A stretch of DNA of 64,000 bases, from NCBI GenBank assembly GCA_009773755.1, contig WSZJ01000008.1, forward strand, positions 9,160 to 73,159, given 5' to 3'. Numbering within the stretch: position 1 is the stretch's first letter; each line of letters begins with the position of its first letter. The notes beneath the pieces are model-generated. The model made no database searches. It saw only the letters and a list, made by a program, of their open reading frames with translations, and was not told the origin of the DNA. Origin of the DNA: Planctomycetota bacterium (GTDB taxonomy: Bacteria > Planctomycetota > MHYJ01 > WSZJ01). Positions 19,007 to 27,958 of this stretch are shown here, one piece after another. The position numbers were made by a program, and so were the translations under genes.

Positions 19007-21214
19007 ATGGCGAAGCGCACGCTGAGGGTCGGCTACCCCGGAAACTACCGCGAAATCGAGGTCGATTCGCCGGACGCCGAGCCGGCGCCGTGGGATGCGG
19101 ATTCGAAGCTGGCGGTGGTCGGGAAGCGGTCGCCGCGGCTGGAGGGAGCGGACAAAGTCACGGGGAAGGCGAAGTACACGGCGGACGTGAAGCTGCAAGG
19201 GATGCTGGTCGCGCGGGTGCTCCGGTCGCCGTACGCGCGGGCGACTGCGCGGTCCATCGGGCTTGCGAAGGCGCTGAAGATGCCGGGCGTGAAGGCGGCG
19301 ATCGAGGTGGAAAAGGAAGCGCGCTATCACGGGCAGGCGATAGCTGCGGTTGCGGCGGAGACCGAGGCGCAGGCGGAGGACGCGGTGGCTGCGATCGAGG
19401 TCGACTGGGCGGTCGGCGAGCACGTCGTCGACGTCGAAGCGGCGCGCAAGCCGAATGCGCCGCGCGTGCACGGCGGCAAGAACCCGAACGAGCGAGGCGG
19501 CGAGGCGCAGAACACGGCGACGGAAGAAGCCTGCGTTACGGCGCTCAAGAAGTCGCACGCGACGGTGGACATCACGTTCACGACGCCGGTGGTGACTCAT
19601 TCCTGCCTTGAAAGCCACGGGAGCGTCGCCAGGTGGGAATCCGACGGGTCGCTCACGGTCTGGGATTCGACGCAGTCGATCTTCGGCGTGCGCGACGGGC
19701 TGGCGCGCGGGTTCCAGCTTCCTGCCGAGAAAGTGCGCGTGGTCAAGGAACACATGGGCGGCGGCTTCGGCTCGAAGCTCGGCATGGGACAGCATTCGAT
19801 GATCGCCGCGCGCCTGGCGCGGGAGGCGAAGGCGCCGGTCAAGCTGATGCTGACGCGCAAGGAGGAGCACCTCGCCGGCGGAAACCGCCCGTCGAGCGTG
19901 CAGCGCGTGCGGGCCGGCGCGGACAAGGACGGCAAGCTGACTTGCCTCTGGCTCCAGAGCCACGGCACCGGCGGCATCAATGGAGGAGCGAATTGCGCAG
20001 GGCCCCTGATGTCCCTCTACAACTGCCCGGTGCGGCGTCTCTGGCACGCCGACGTGATCACGAACGCGAGTCCCGCTGCGGCTTTCCGCGCCCCCGGCCA
20101 CGTCCAGGGAATGTTCGCCCTCGAAAGCACGATGGACGAGCTCGCCGGAAAGCTCGGGCTCGACCCGATCGAATTCCGGAAGCGCAACGACCAGAACGAA
20201 ATGCGCCAGGCGGAGTACGGCGAAGGCGCGAAAATGGCGGGTTGGGAAGCGCGGGCCCATCTCCCGAACTCTGGTGGCAGGCACAAAGCTCGCGGCCTCG
20301 GCGTCTCCGCTTCCATCTGGGGCGGAGGCGGCGCGCCCGGTGCGCAGGCCCGCTGCGTCATCTCGCGCGACGGCGCCGTCGAAATCCAGTGCGGCACGCA
20401 GGACATCGGGACCGGGACGCGCACGATCATCGCGATGATTGCCGCGGAGGAACTCGGGCTGAAACCGGAACAGGTGCTCGTGAAGCTCGGCGACACGACG
20501 CTTCCCTTCTCTCACGGAAGCGGCGGCTCGATGACGGCCCCCAGCGTGACGCCGGCCGTTCGCGCGGCGACGGCGGCTGCCCGCGGGCGCGTGTTCGAGG
20601 CGTGCGCGAAGTCGCTGAAGGCCGACGCAGACAACCTGACAGCGAAGGGAGGCAATGTCGTCGCGAAAGGCGGCGCCTCCATCCCGTGGGCCGAGGCATG
20701 CTCGAAGATCGCCGGCGCCAACGTCAGCGAGCAGGCGACGCGCGCGCAGAATTTCCGCGGCTACAAGGACGGCACCGCGGGCTGCCAGTTCGCCGAGGTC
20801 GAAGTCGACCTCGAGACAGGCCACGTGCAGGTCCTGCGCGTCGTCGCCGTCCACGACTGCGGCCGCGTGGTCAATCCGCTTCTGGCGGAAAGCCAGATCA
20901 ACGGAGGCATCATCCAGGGACTCTCCTACGCCCTTCTCGAGCAGCGCATCCTCGACGACGCCACCGGACGCATGATGAACGCGAATTTCTCCGACTACCG
21001 CATCGCGGGGCCGAAAGAAATCCCGGAGATCAGCGTGGTGCTGTTCGACGTGTCCAACGGCCGCACCAATACCGGGGTGATGGGGATCGGCGAACCACCG
21101 ATCGTCCCGACCCCGGCCGCCATCGCGAACGCGGTCGCTCATGCGATCGGGAAGAGGATCACCGACCTCCCGATCACCCCGGACAAAATCCTCGCCGCGC
21201 TGGGGAAGAAATGA
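19007..21214 (+). CDS. Molybdopterin-binding large subunit (xanthine dehydrogenase family)
   Basis: The ATG at 19007 lies 1 nt after the upstream TAA. Motifs KVTGKAKYTAD, GGGFGSK and FRAPG, and a length of ~735 aa, fit the aldehyde oxidase/xanthine dehydrogenase Moco subunit. Confidence 0.85.
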   Translation: MAKRTLRVGYPGNYREIEVDSPDAEPAPWDADSKLAVVGKRSPRLEGADKVTGKAKYTADVKLQGMLVARVLRSPYARATARSIGLAKALKMPGVKAAIEVEKEARYHGQAIAAVAAETEAQAEDAVAAIEVDWAVGEHVVDVEAARKPNAPRVHGGKNPNERGGEAQNTATEEACVTALKKSHATVDITFTTPVVTHSCLESHGSVARWESDGSLTVWDSTQSIFGVRDGLARGFQLPAEKVRVVKEHMGGGFGSKLGMGQHSMIAARLAREAKAPVKLMLTRKEEHLAGGNRPSSVQRVRAGADKDGKLTCLWLQSHGTGGINGGANCAGPLMSLYNCPVRRLWHADVITNASPAAAFRAPGHVQGMFALESTMDELAGKLGLDPIEFRKRNDQNEMRQAEYGEGAKMAGWEARAHLPNSGGRHKARGLGVSASIWGGGGAPGAQARCVISRDGAVEIQCGTQDIGTGTRTIIAMIAAEELGLKPEQVLVKLGDTTLPFSHGSGGSMTAPSVTPAVRAATAAARGRVFEACAKSLKADADNLTAKGGNVVAKGGASIPWAEACSKIAGANVSEQATRAQNFRGYKDGTAGCQFAEVEVDLETGHVQVLRVVAVHDCGRVVNPLLAESQINGGIIQGLSYALLEQRILDDATGRMMNANFSDYRIAGPKEIPEISVVLFDVSNGRTNTGVMGIGEPPIVPTPAAIANAVAHAIGKRITDLPITPDKILAALGKK

Positions 21215-22179
21215 CAAGCCCCTTCACGTTCTGGGATGCGCGTACCGCCGAAGAGGCCGCGGCGCTTCTTTCGAAAAAGGGTGCCATGGCGCTGGGCGGC
21301 GGTGTGGATCTGCTCGGGGAGATGAAGGAAGGGATCCGGGCGCCCGAACACATCGTAAACCTGCGATCGATCCCGGGTCTCGACAAGATCCAGAAGACCG
21401 ACCGGGGATGGCGCGTAGGAGCGACGGCGCTGCTCACCGATATCGCGGACCACGCCGACCTTCGCAAGGACCTGCCCGGCTTTGCGGAATCGGCGGAGGC
21501 GGTTGCGACGCCGCAGATCCGCAATCAAGGGACGATCGGCGGCAATCTGGCGCAGCGGCCGCGCTGCTGGTATTACCGGGCGGCGGAGTTTGCGTGCGTG
21601 AAGAAGGGGGGAAAGGGCTGCCCGGCGGAGAAGGGCGAGAACCGCTACCTGGCGATCTTTGGCGACGGACCGTGCCACATCGTTCACCCGAGCGACTGCG
21701 CGCCGATGCTCGTCGCCCTCGACGCGCGACTCTTCCTTCGAGGTCCCGACGGCGCTCGAGACCTGCCGATCGCTGACTTTTACGAGCTGCCGTCGAAGAA
21801 TGCGCTCTGTGAATTCACACTCAAGCCGGGCGAATTCATTGAAGCCGTCGAAATCCCGACGGCTCTTCCCCGCTCGACCTACGTCAAGATTCGCGAAAAG
21901 GATTCGTTCGATTTCGCCATCGCCGCGTGCGCGATCGCAGGGAAGATCGACGGCGACCATTTCACCGATGCGCGCGTCGTCCTCGGCGGCGTCGCGCCGG
22001 TCCCGTGGCGCTCTGTGACGGCCGAGGCGAATCTCCGGAAGAACACGATCGCCGACGCCGTCGAGCCGGCGTCGAACTCGGCTACGGACGGCGCCAGGCC
22101 CATGTCGCAGAACGCCTGGAAGATTCCGATGACGAAAGCCGCCGTCGCACGCGCGATCCGCTCATTCCTGCCGAGGTGA
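21211..22179 (+). CDS. FAD-binding subunit (CO dehydrogenase flavoprotein-like) of the same oxidoreductase
   Basis: The ATG at 21211 overlaps the upstream TGA (ATGA). Motifs ALGGGVDLL and ATPQIRNQGTIGGNLAQRPRCWYYR are present. Confidence 0.8.
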   Translation: MTSPFTFWDARTAEEAAALLSKKGAMALGGGVDLLGEMKEGIRAPEHIVNLRSIPGLDKIQKTDRGWRVGATALLTDIADHADLRKDLPGFAESAEAVATPQIRNQGTIGGNLAQRPRCWYYRAAEFACVKKGGKGCPAEKGENRYLAIFGDGPCHIVHPSDCAPMLVALDARLFLRGPDGARDLPIADFYELPSKNALCEFTLKPGEFIEAVEIPTALPRSTYVKIREKDSFDFAIAACAIAGKIDGDHFTDARVVLGGVAPVPWRSVTAEANLRKNTIADAVEPASNSATDGARPMSQNAWKIPMTKAAVARAIRSFLPR

Positions 22180-22538
22180 CCGTGGACGTCCGCTTCGCCA
22201 ATCCGGACCAGGTCAGCCTCCTCTCACACATCTTCGCTTCCATTCTCCGCCGCGGCCTCGCCGATGCCGGAGTCGCGCGCAAGGTCGCGGGGCTCGGCCG
22301 CATCGGCGTCGAAATGGCCGGCATGTCCATCACGGCGGACTTCGGCGACTCCTCCGTCACCCTCTCCCCCGGCCGCGAGAGCTGCCGCGCCTGGGTCGGC
22401 GGCGGCATGGCCGATCTGCTCGAAGTCTGCCTTCGCGGGGCGGTCGTCCGCCCGTGGCTGGAAGGGCGCGTGGCGTGGGGAGGGAATCCGTTCGCGCTCC
22501 TGAAACTGCTGGCCGTGCTGGCCGCCGCGCGAAAGTAA
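22176..22538 (+). CDS. Small SCP2/sterol-carrier-like domain protein (tentative)
   Basis: The GTG at 22176 overlaps the upstream TGA (GTGA). It encodes 120 aa ending GGNPFALLKLLAVL, which weakly resembles SCP2-type lipid-binding domains. Confidence 0.4.
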   Translation: MTVDVRFANPDQVSLLSHIFASILRRGLADAGVARKVAGLGRIGVEMAGMSITADFGDSSVTLSPGRESCRAWVGGGMADLLEVCLRGAVVRPWLEGRVAWGGNPFALLKLLAVLAAARK

Positions 22539-22571
22539 GGGATCAGTCTCACCGCCTCAGCAATTGTCCTG

Positions 22572-22598
22572 TATATTCCACTCTTCCATGGAAATATA
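22572..22598. promoter_or_regulatory. Imperfect palindrome upstream of the ArsR-family gene (candidate operator / -10 region)
   Basis: TATATTCCA (22572-22580) and TGGAAATATA (22589-22598) form an AT-rich inverted repeat ending 13 nt before the ATG at 22612, in an otherwise GC-rich context. Confidence 0.35.
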
Positions 22599-22611
22599 GA
22601 ACCACCCCTTC

Positions 22612-22983
22612 ATGCGCCTCCACCACCGCCCCTCCCCCGCACCCCTTTCAGCTAAACGATCGTCGTCGCTCCCCTCGCGGCTCGACGCCGCCCGCATCCG
22701 CCGGCTCGCGGACATGTTCGGGCTCCTCAGCTCGCCGACGCGCCTGCGGATCTTCCACGCGCTGGCAATGGCGGGGGAACTGCACGTGCAGGGCGTCGCG
22801 GACGCGCTGCGCATGCGCGTGACGGCAGTTTCAAACCAGTTGCGGCTCATGGCGATCCTGGGAGTCCTTGCGGCACGGTCCGAGGGGTTGCGCGTCATTT
22901 ATTCCGTGGAAGCGACCTGGGCGCCGGCCCTCATGGCTGATGCACTGGCGCAACTTCGGGCGGGACGTTCGAAGCGGCGATAG
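22612..22983 (+). CDS. ArsR/SmtB-family transcriptional regulator
   Basis: Winged-helix pattern LLSSPTRLRIFHALAMAGELHVQGVADALRMRVTAVSNQLRLM. Confidence 0.8.
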   Translation: MRLHHRPSPAPLSAKRSSSLPSRLDAARIRRLADMFGLLSSPTRLRIFHALAMAGELHVQGVADALRMRVTAVSNQLRLMAILGVLAARSEGLRVIYSVEATWAPALMADALAQLRAGRSKRR

Positions 22984-23059
22984 CGACTGAACTCTGTTTC
23001 GACGCGCGAGGCCCCGCAGGTTGAATCCCGGGCGCGGGATGCGCGGCTATACTCCGCCG

Positions 23060-24496
23060 ATGCCCCTTCCCGAACTCGCCTCCCGGCTTGCCGCCCTGGT
23101 CGGCGCGGATCGCGTCTCGACGGACCCGGCGAAACTGCGTGAAGCGGCGCGGGACCTGACGGAAATTCGCGGGACGCCGCCGGATGTCATCGTTCGGCCG
23201 GCCGGCCTCGAGCACGTTCAGGCCGTTCTGCGGTTCGCGAACTCCGAACGCATCCCGGTCGTCCCGGTCGTCTTCAACACGAATGTCGGCGGTCTCGCGC
23301 TCCCATCGAATGGCGGAATCCTGCTCGACATGACCGGGATGAACCGGATCCTCGAAGTGAACGCCGACGACCTGTACATGGTGGTCGAGCCGGGGGTGAC
23401 CTGGGGACAGGTGAAAGAACACCTGGACCGGAATTATCCGCAGACGCGATTCGCCTATTCCCTCTCGCCGCCTGACACCTCCGTCCTCGCGAACACGCTG
23501 ATGGACGGGCTCCTGAATCTGTCGCTCCGCTTCGGCACGTCTTCGGACTGGCTGAACGGCGTGGAGGCGGTGCTGGCCGACGGCACGGTCGTGCGGACCG
23601 GCGCGGCGGCGTGGTCGACGGTGCAGTGGTGTTCTTCCGCGCCGATGCCCGATCTCACGGGGCTGTTCGTCAATCTCCACGGCACGACGGGGATCGTGAC
23701 GAAGGCGTCGATCCGGCTGCAGCACGGGAAACGACTGCGCCGGCGGTATTTCATGATGGGTTACGACCTTCGTGCGTGCTACACGACGATTCGAACGCTC
23801 GTGCGCGAAGAAATCTGCGACGACATCGGGCTGCTCACGTGGCCCGTCGCGAAAATGCTTTTCGGCGAAAAGCGCCCGCGCTGGCGGGGCCCGGGCGAAC
23901 CGCTCGCGATGATCTACCTCGACGTTTCCTCGAACCGGCAGGCGGAGATGGACCTCCGGCTCTCGATTCTCGAAGAAACGCTCGAAGCCGGGCGCAAGGC
24001 CGGCCATGCGTGGCAGGGACCGCTCGACGTGCGCGACCTCGTCAAAATCGAGCCCGCGTTCCGGAAGCTCGCGGAATTCCCGACGCGCCTCGACTTCATG
24101 CTCGACCATCCGGGCGGCGGCCTCTCGTGGGTCGGCACGTACGGCCCGACGAGCCGGTGGGACGAGGCTACCGAACTCGCCGTCCGCATCATGGAAGAGC
24201 ACGCCTTCCCGCCCTTTGCCGTCGCTCGCCCCATGGCCCAGGGACACTTTGGCGTCCTCCGGCTCATCGAGACGTTCGACCGCGACAAGCCGGCCGAAGT
24301 GGAAGCGGTCGCGAAGCTCAACGCCGCGCTCGTCGAGGCGCTCCTCCCCCTCGGATTTATTCCCTACAAGACGCCCGAATGGGTCTTCCGCGCGCACGGC
24401 TCGAAGATCGACGCCGGGTTCCGCGAGATGCTCCGGCGCGTCCGGTCCGCCCTCGATCCGAACGGCATCCTCAACCCCGGAAAATGGCCGGTGTGA
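23060..24496 (+). CDS. FAD-linked oxidase (FAD_binding_4 / GlcD-VAO superfamily)
   Basis: The N-terminal FAD-binding domain pattern is VIVRPAGLEHVQAVLRFANSERIPVVPV...GGILLDMTGMNRILEVN...VVEPGVTW. The start could be TTG 23021, ATG 23039 or ATG 23060. Confidence 0.75.
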   Translation: MPLPELASRLAALVGADRVSTDPAKLREAARDLTEIRGTPPDVIVRPAGLEHVQAVLRFANSERIPVVPVVFNTNVGGLALPSNGGILLDMTGMNRILEVNADDLYMVVEPGVTWGQVKEHLDRNYPQTRFAYSLSPPDTSVLANTLMDGLLNLSLRFGTSSDWLNGVEAVLADGTVVRTGAAAWSTVQWCSSAPMPDLTGLFVNLHGTTGIVTKASIRLQHGKRLRRRYFMMGYDLRACYTTIRTLVREEICDDIGLLTWPVAKMLFGEKRPRWRGPGEPLAMIYLDVSSNRQAEMDLRLSILEETLEAGRKAGHAWQGPLDVRDLVKIEPAFRKLAEFPTRLDFMLDHPGGGLSWVGTYGPTSRWDEATELAVRIMEEHAFPPFAVARPMAQGHFGVLRLIETFDRDKPAEVEAVAKLNAALVEALLPLGFIPYKTPEWVFRAHGSKIDAGFREMLRRVRSALDPNGILNPGKWPV

Positions 24497-25503
24497 CGCG
24501 GCCCCTCTTCGAGCGCTATCCCAAGCTCCTGGCCGCGGCCCCGATCGTCGAGATCGGCGCGTTTCCCACGCCGGTCGCGCCGCTTAAGTCCCTCGGCGCC
24601 GCGTGGGGAGTCGATCTCTGGGTGAAGCGGGACGACGTGACGGGCGAAGACTTCGGCGGAAACAAAGTCCGCAAACTCGAGTTTCTGCTGGCCGACGCAA
24701 AGGCGCGCGCCGAGCGGATCTGGGCCTACGCGGTGACGGGCTCGAACTGGGCAGTCGCCGTCGCCCACTACGGAAAGCGCTTCGGCATCCCCGTCGATCT
24801 TCTGCTCTTCAAGCGCCCGCTCAACCCGTACCTCAAGAAGAACCTCGAGCTCGCGCGGGGACTGGCGCGCTCTTCAAAGGTGACCCGGAGCGTCGCCACG
24901 ATCCCCTTCCACGGCCTCGTGCAACTCGTCTCGAACCTCCGGACCTACGTGATGCCGCCGGGCGGTTCCTCGGCGCTGTCGACGCTCGGCTACATCAATG
25001 CGGGGCTGGAGCTCGCGGCGCAGGTGAAGTCCGGCGAGTTGCCGCGTCCGGACGTAGTTGTAGTGGCGCTGGGGACGGGCGGCACGCTGGCCGGCGTTCA
25101 CGCAGGGCTCCGGCTCGCGGAGTTGAATGCGGAAGTCATCGGCGTCCGCGTCGCGGACCGGATCATTTCGAACGCGACGTTCACCGCGCGCATCGCCCGC
25201 CGCGCGACGGCGCTCCTCGCCCGCCGCTCCGGCGACGCTTCCGCCGCCATCGCCGTCCGCGCCCGCGACCTCCGTATCGTTCACGAGTTCATAGGAAAAG
25301 GATACGGAATCGCGACTCCCGCCGGAGATGAAGCGGCACGCGAACTCGAGGAACGGGAAGGACTGAAGGCCGAGAGCACCTATACGGCGAAGGCGCTCGC
25401 GGCGGTGAAGGCGATGGCGCCGGAATTTCGCGGGAAGCGCGTGCTTTTCTGGCTGACGTGCAACAGCCGCCCGATTGAGGGACTGGTGGTTCGGCACTCC
25501 TGA
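24484..25503 (+). CDS. ACC deaminase / D-cysteine desulfhydrase family PLP-dependent enzyme
   Basis: The ATG at 24484 overlaps the upstream gene by 13 nt. Motifs WVKRDDVTGEDFGGNKVRKLEFLL and GTGGTLAGV are present. Confidence 0.8.
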   Translation: MAGVTRPLFERYPKLLAAAPIVEIGAFPTPVAPLKSLGAAWGVDLWVKRDDVTGEDFGGNKVRKLEFLLADAKARAERIWAYAVTGSNWAVAVAHYGKRFGIPVDLLLFKRPLNPYLKKNLELARGLARSSKVTRSVATIPFHGLVQLVSNLRTYVMPPGGSSALSTLGYINAGLELAAQVKSGELPRPDVVVVALGTGGTLAGVHAGLRLAELNAEVIGVRVADRIISNATFTARIARRATALLARRSGDASAAIAVRARDLRIVHEFIGKGYGIATPAGDEAARELEEREGLKAESTYTAKALAAVKAMAPEFRGKRVLFWLTCNSRPIEGLVVRHS

Positions 25504-25584
25504 TTCCGTGGGTCGCGCCCTTCGAAAGCGTCCCACGAAATCAAAGCTGACTCACCACCCGGCGGCCCGGCATAGAATCGGCGC

Positions 25585-25893
25585 GTGAACCTTTTCCTGC
25601 GCGGCACGCTCATGGCCGTCACGTGGATCGCCGTCGCCGGCGGCGTGGTGTGGGTAGCTTTGAGGTGGACCAACGCGATCGGTGGCGTGCTGTGCGCGGG
25701 GGCGGTGCTGCTCCCGTTCGTGTACGTCATGGTCTGCACGCTCTACCCCGCCTGGGGCGACACGAAATGTCCGCGCTGCGGGAAGCCCGCGCTGCGGCGG
25801 CCGGACCCGAAGAACCCGCTTGGAGTGATCTGCGACGCGTGCGGTTACGAGGACCCCGAGCTATACCGCGCGTATCTGGACGAGATGCAGTGA
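25585..25893 (+). CDS. Small membrane protein with a C-terminal zinc-ribbon (CPRC...CDAC)
   Basis: GTG start, two hydrophobic helices, then CPRCGKPALRRPDPKNPLGVICDACG. Confidence 0.5.
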   Translation: MNLFLRGTLMAVTWIAVAGGVVWVALRWTNAIGGVLCAGAVLLPFVYVMVCTLYPAWGDTKCPRCGKPALRRPDPKNPLGVICDACGYEDPELYRAYLDEMQ

Positions 25894-26411
25894 GGGCGTA
25901 GTGGGTAGGAGGTAGGGGGTAGAAACGACCCGGCGTTCAGCCGCGCGCTTCCTGCGCGTCGCGTTCCGCCTCGAAGACGGCCAGGCGGGGGTAGGTCAGG
26001 TCGAAATGATGATCCCCAGTCGTCCAGTGCAGGACGATAAAGTGGTGGATGAGGTCCGACACCAGGAGTGCGACGCCGATGCGCATCGCCCAGACGATCG
26101 GCCAACCGTCATATGGTACGGCGAGCGCGCCGACCGAGGTTGCTGCGCCGACGTAGCCATGATGGATGCGTACGCCGAGCGTCAGCGGGGCGAGGAATGC
26201 GGTGTCGCGGGTCGACTGCATGTCGAGCCCCCAGCGGAAGGCGCAGGTGACGGCCTCGAACGCGGCCGTCAGGGCGACGATCCAGATCAGGTCGGTCATG
26301 ATGATCGGCAACTCCACCAGGGTGGCGACGCCGGATTCTACCGAATCCTGCCCGATGCCTCATCTGCCTTTTTGCCTTTCCTACCCCCTACCTCCTACCC
26401 ACTACCCCCTC
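25892..26411. repeat. Inverted repeat (7-mer tandem units GTAGGNG) bracketing a small membrane-protein gene
   Basis: 25898-25922 (GTAGTGGGTAGGAGGTAGGGGGTAG) is the exact reverse complement of 26381-26405. It extends to 31 nt (25892-25922 / 26381-26411) with one mismatch. Confidence 0.9.
25937..26317 (-). CDS. Hypothetical integral membrane protein (126 aa)
   Basis: Three to four hydrophobic helices and non-biased composition. No family recognised. Confidence 0.5.
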   Translation of the reverse strand: MELPIIMTDLIWIVALTAAFEAVTCAFRWGLDMQSTRDTAFLAPLTLGVRIHHGYVGAATSVGALAVPYDGWPIVWAMRIGVALLVSDLIHHFIVLHWTTGDHHFDLTYPRLAVFEAERDAQEARG

Positions 26412-26733
26412 TCCTCGAGTGGCTCACCACTTCATAAGTCTCGAGCGCATTGGCCACTTTCAAGACCCCATGCGGCGCCGGCTTCCCGGACTCCTTCGCC
26501 CTCTGGTGCCCCTTCTCAAACGCCTGCGACTTCGTCCACGCCTCGAACTCCTCTTTCGAATTCCAGTGCGACATCGAGATCAGCCGGCGCGGATTCTCGG
26601 CGCATTTGAGGAACGCGAAGGACAGGAAGCCCGGCTGCTGGTCGACCAGCCCGGACCGCTTCAGGAACATGGCTTCGAGATTCTGCGCCGAAGCGTCGTC
26701 TTCGCAGGTGAAGACGTTCATGGCGACGAACAT
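26395..26733 (-). CDS. Antibiotic-biosynthesis-monooxygenase (ABM) domain protein
   Basis: 112 aa with a ferredoxin-like ABM pattern (FLKRSGLVDQQPGFLSFAFLK...SMSHWNSKEEFEAW). The last residues (RRGGSG) are encoded by the repeat arm. Confidence 0.65.
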   Translation of the reverse strand: MFVAMNVFTCEDDASAQNLEAMFLKRSGLVDQQPGFLSFAFLKCAENPRRLISMSHWNSKEEFEAWTKSQAFEKGHQRAKESGKPAPHGVLKVANALETYEVVSHSRRGGSG

Positions 26734-26742
26734 CGCTCCTCC

Positions 26743-27885
26743 TTACCTCGGGCGGAACAATTCGCGCGCGATGATCACGCGCTGGATCTGGCTGGTTCCT
26801 TCGTAGATCGCGAAAATCTTCGCGTCGCGCATGAGCTTTTCGACGGGGTACTCGCGCGAGTACCCGTATCCGCCGAATACCTGCACCGCATCCGTCGTTA
26901 CTTTCATGACCATGTCCGCCGCGAACGCTTTTGCGATCGCCGCCTCCTTCGCGCATTTCTCGCCCGTTTCGGGCATCAGTGCGGATCGCCACACGAGCAG
27001 GCGCGCGGCTTCGACGTTGATGGCCATGTCGGCGATCATGAAGGAGATCCCCTGCTGCTCGTAGAGCGGCTTTCCGAACGCCTTTCGTTCGGTGGCGTAC
27101 TTGATCGACTCCTCCATCGCGCGGCGGGCGACGCCGACCGCGATCGCGGAGATCGCCGGGCGCGAACGGTCGAAAACACGCATCGCAATCGAGAATCCGT
27201 CGCCTTCCTTCCCGAGCAGGTTGGCTCTCGGGATGTGGACGTCCTCGAAGTGCATCGAGACGGTGTCGCTGGCGCGCTGGCCCATCTTGTCTTCCTTCTT
27301 GCCGACGCGCACGCCCTTGGCGCCGCGCTCGACGAGGAAGCACGACATGCCGCCGTAGCGCGCGGCTTTGTCGGTGTAGGCGAAGACGCAGTAGAAGTCG
27401 GCGACGGAGCCGTTGGTGATGAACTGCTTCGAGCCGTTGATGACGTAGGAATCGCCGTCCCGCTTCGCCGTGGTCTGGATTCCGGCCACGTCGCTCCCCG
27501 CCTCAGGCTCCGACAGCGCGTAAGCTCCGCGCCAGCCCTCGACGATCTTCGGCAGGAACTTCTTCTTGGTCTCCTCCGAGCCGCTCAACAGAATCGGCCA
27601 GTTCGAGAGATTGTTCACTTCCATCGACGCCGCCACGCCGCTGCACGCCCAGCCGAGCTCCTCGTTGATCAGCACCTCCTCCATCAGTCCAAGTCCGGTC
27701 CCGCCGTATTCCGCGGGGATGTTGACATTGAGGAGGCCGATTTCCAGGGCCTTGCGGAATATCTCGTGCGGAAACTCGTGGGTTTCATCGAACTTGCGGG
27801 CGAGCGGCAGGATCTCAGTCTGTGCGAATTTTTTCGCGAGCTCGCGGATTTCCTTCTGCTCTTCCGTCAGGGAAAAATCGACCAT
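26743..27885 (-). CDS. Acyl-CoA dehydrogenase
   Basis: The ATG at 27885 (MVDFSLTEEQ) starts the gene. Motifs ALSEPEAGSD, GSKQFITNG, QVFGGYGYSREYPVEKLMRDAKI and YEGTSQIQR are present. Confidence 0.9.
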   Translation of the reverse strand: MVDFSLTEEQKEIRELAKKFAQTEILPLARKFDETHEFPHEIFRKALEIGLLNVNIPAEYGGTGLGLMEEVLINEELGWACSGVAASMEVNNLSNWPILLSGSEETKKKFLPKIVEGWRGAYALSEPEAGSDVAGIQTTAKRDGDSYVINGSKQFITNGSVADFYCVFAYTDKAARYGGMSCFLVERGAKGVRVGKKEDKMGQRASDTVSMHFEDVHIPRANLLGKEGDGFSIAMRVFDRSRPAISAIAVGVARRAMEESIKYATERKAFGKPLYEQQGISFMIADMAINVEAARLLVWRSALMPETGEKCAKEAAIAKAFAADMVMKVTTDAVQVFGGYGYSREYPVEKLMRDAKIFAIYEGTSQIQRVIIARELFRPR

Positions 27886-27958
27886 CGTGGCGTGACCTCG
27901 TGGCGCGTGTCTTGAAGAGAACTTACTTGCGAACCGGTCGCTTGTCCAGCGAGGCGGG

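Noticed and set aside
19633-21210. N-terminal ~525 codons of the 848-aa ORF that contains the FAD subunit
   Set aside because: It is an off-frame overlap of the Moco subunit gene. The FAD-subunit homology starts at the ATG at 21211.
18863-21217. 784-aa ORF on the minus strand
   Set aside because: It lies entirely antisense to the molybdopterin subunit gene, which has clear family motifs. Its translation is Arg/Asp/Pro/Gly-rich with no recognisable motif, which is typical shadow ORF behaviour in GC-rich DNA.
22931-24397. 488-aa minus-strand ORF
   Set aside because: It is antisense to the FAD-linked oxidase gene and has biased composition.
26419-27915. 498-aa plus-strand ORF
   Set aside because: It is antisense to the acyl-CoA dehydrogenase and ABM genes and has biased composition.
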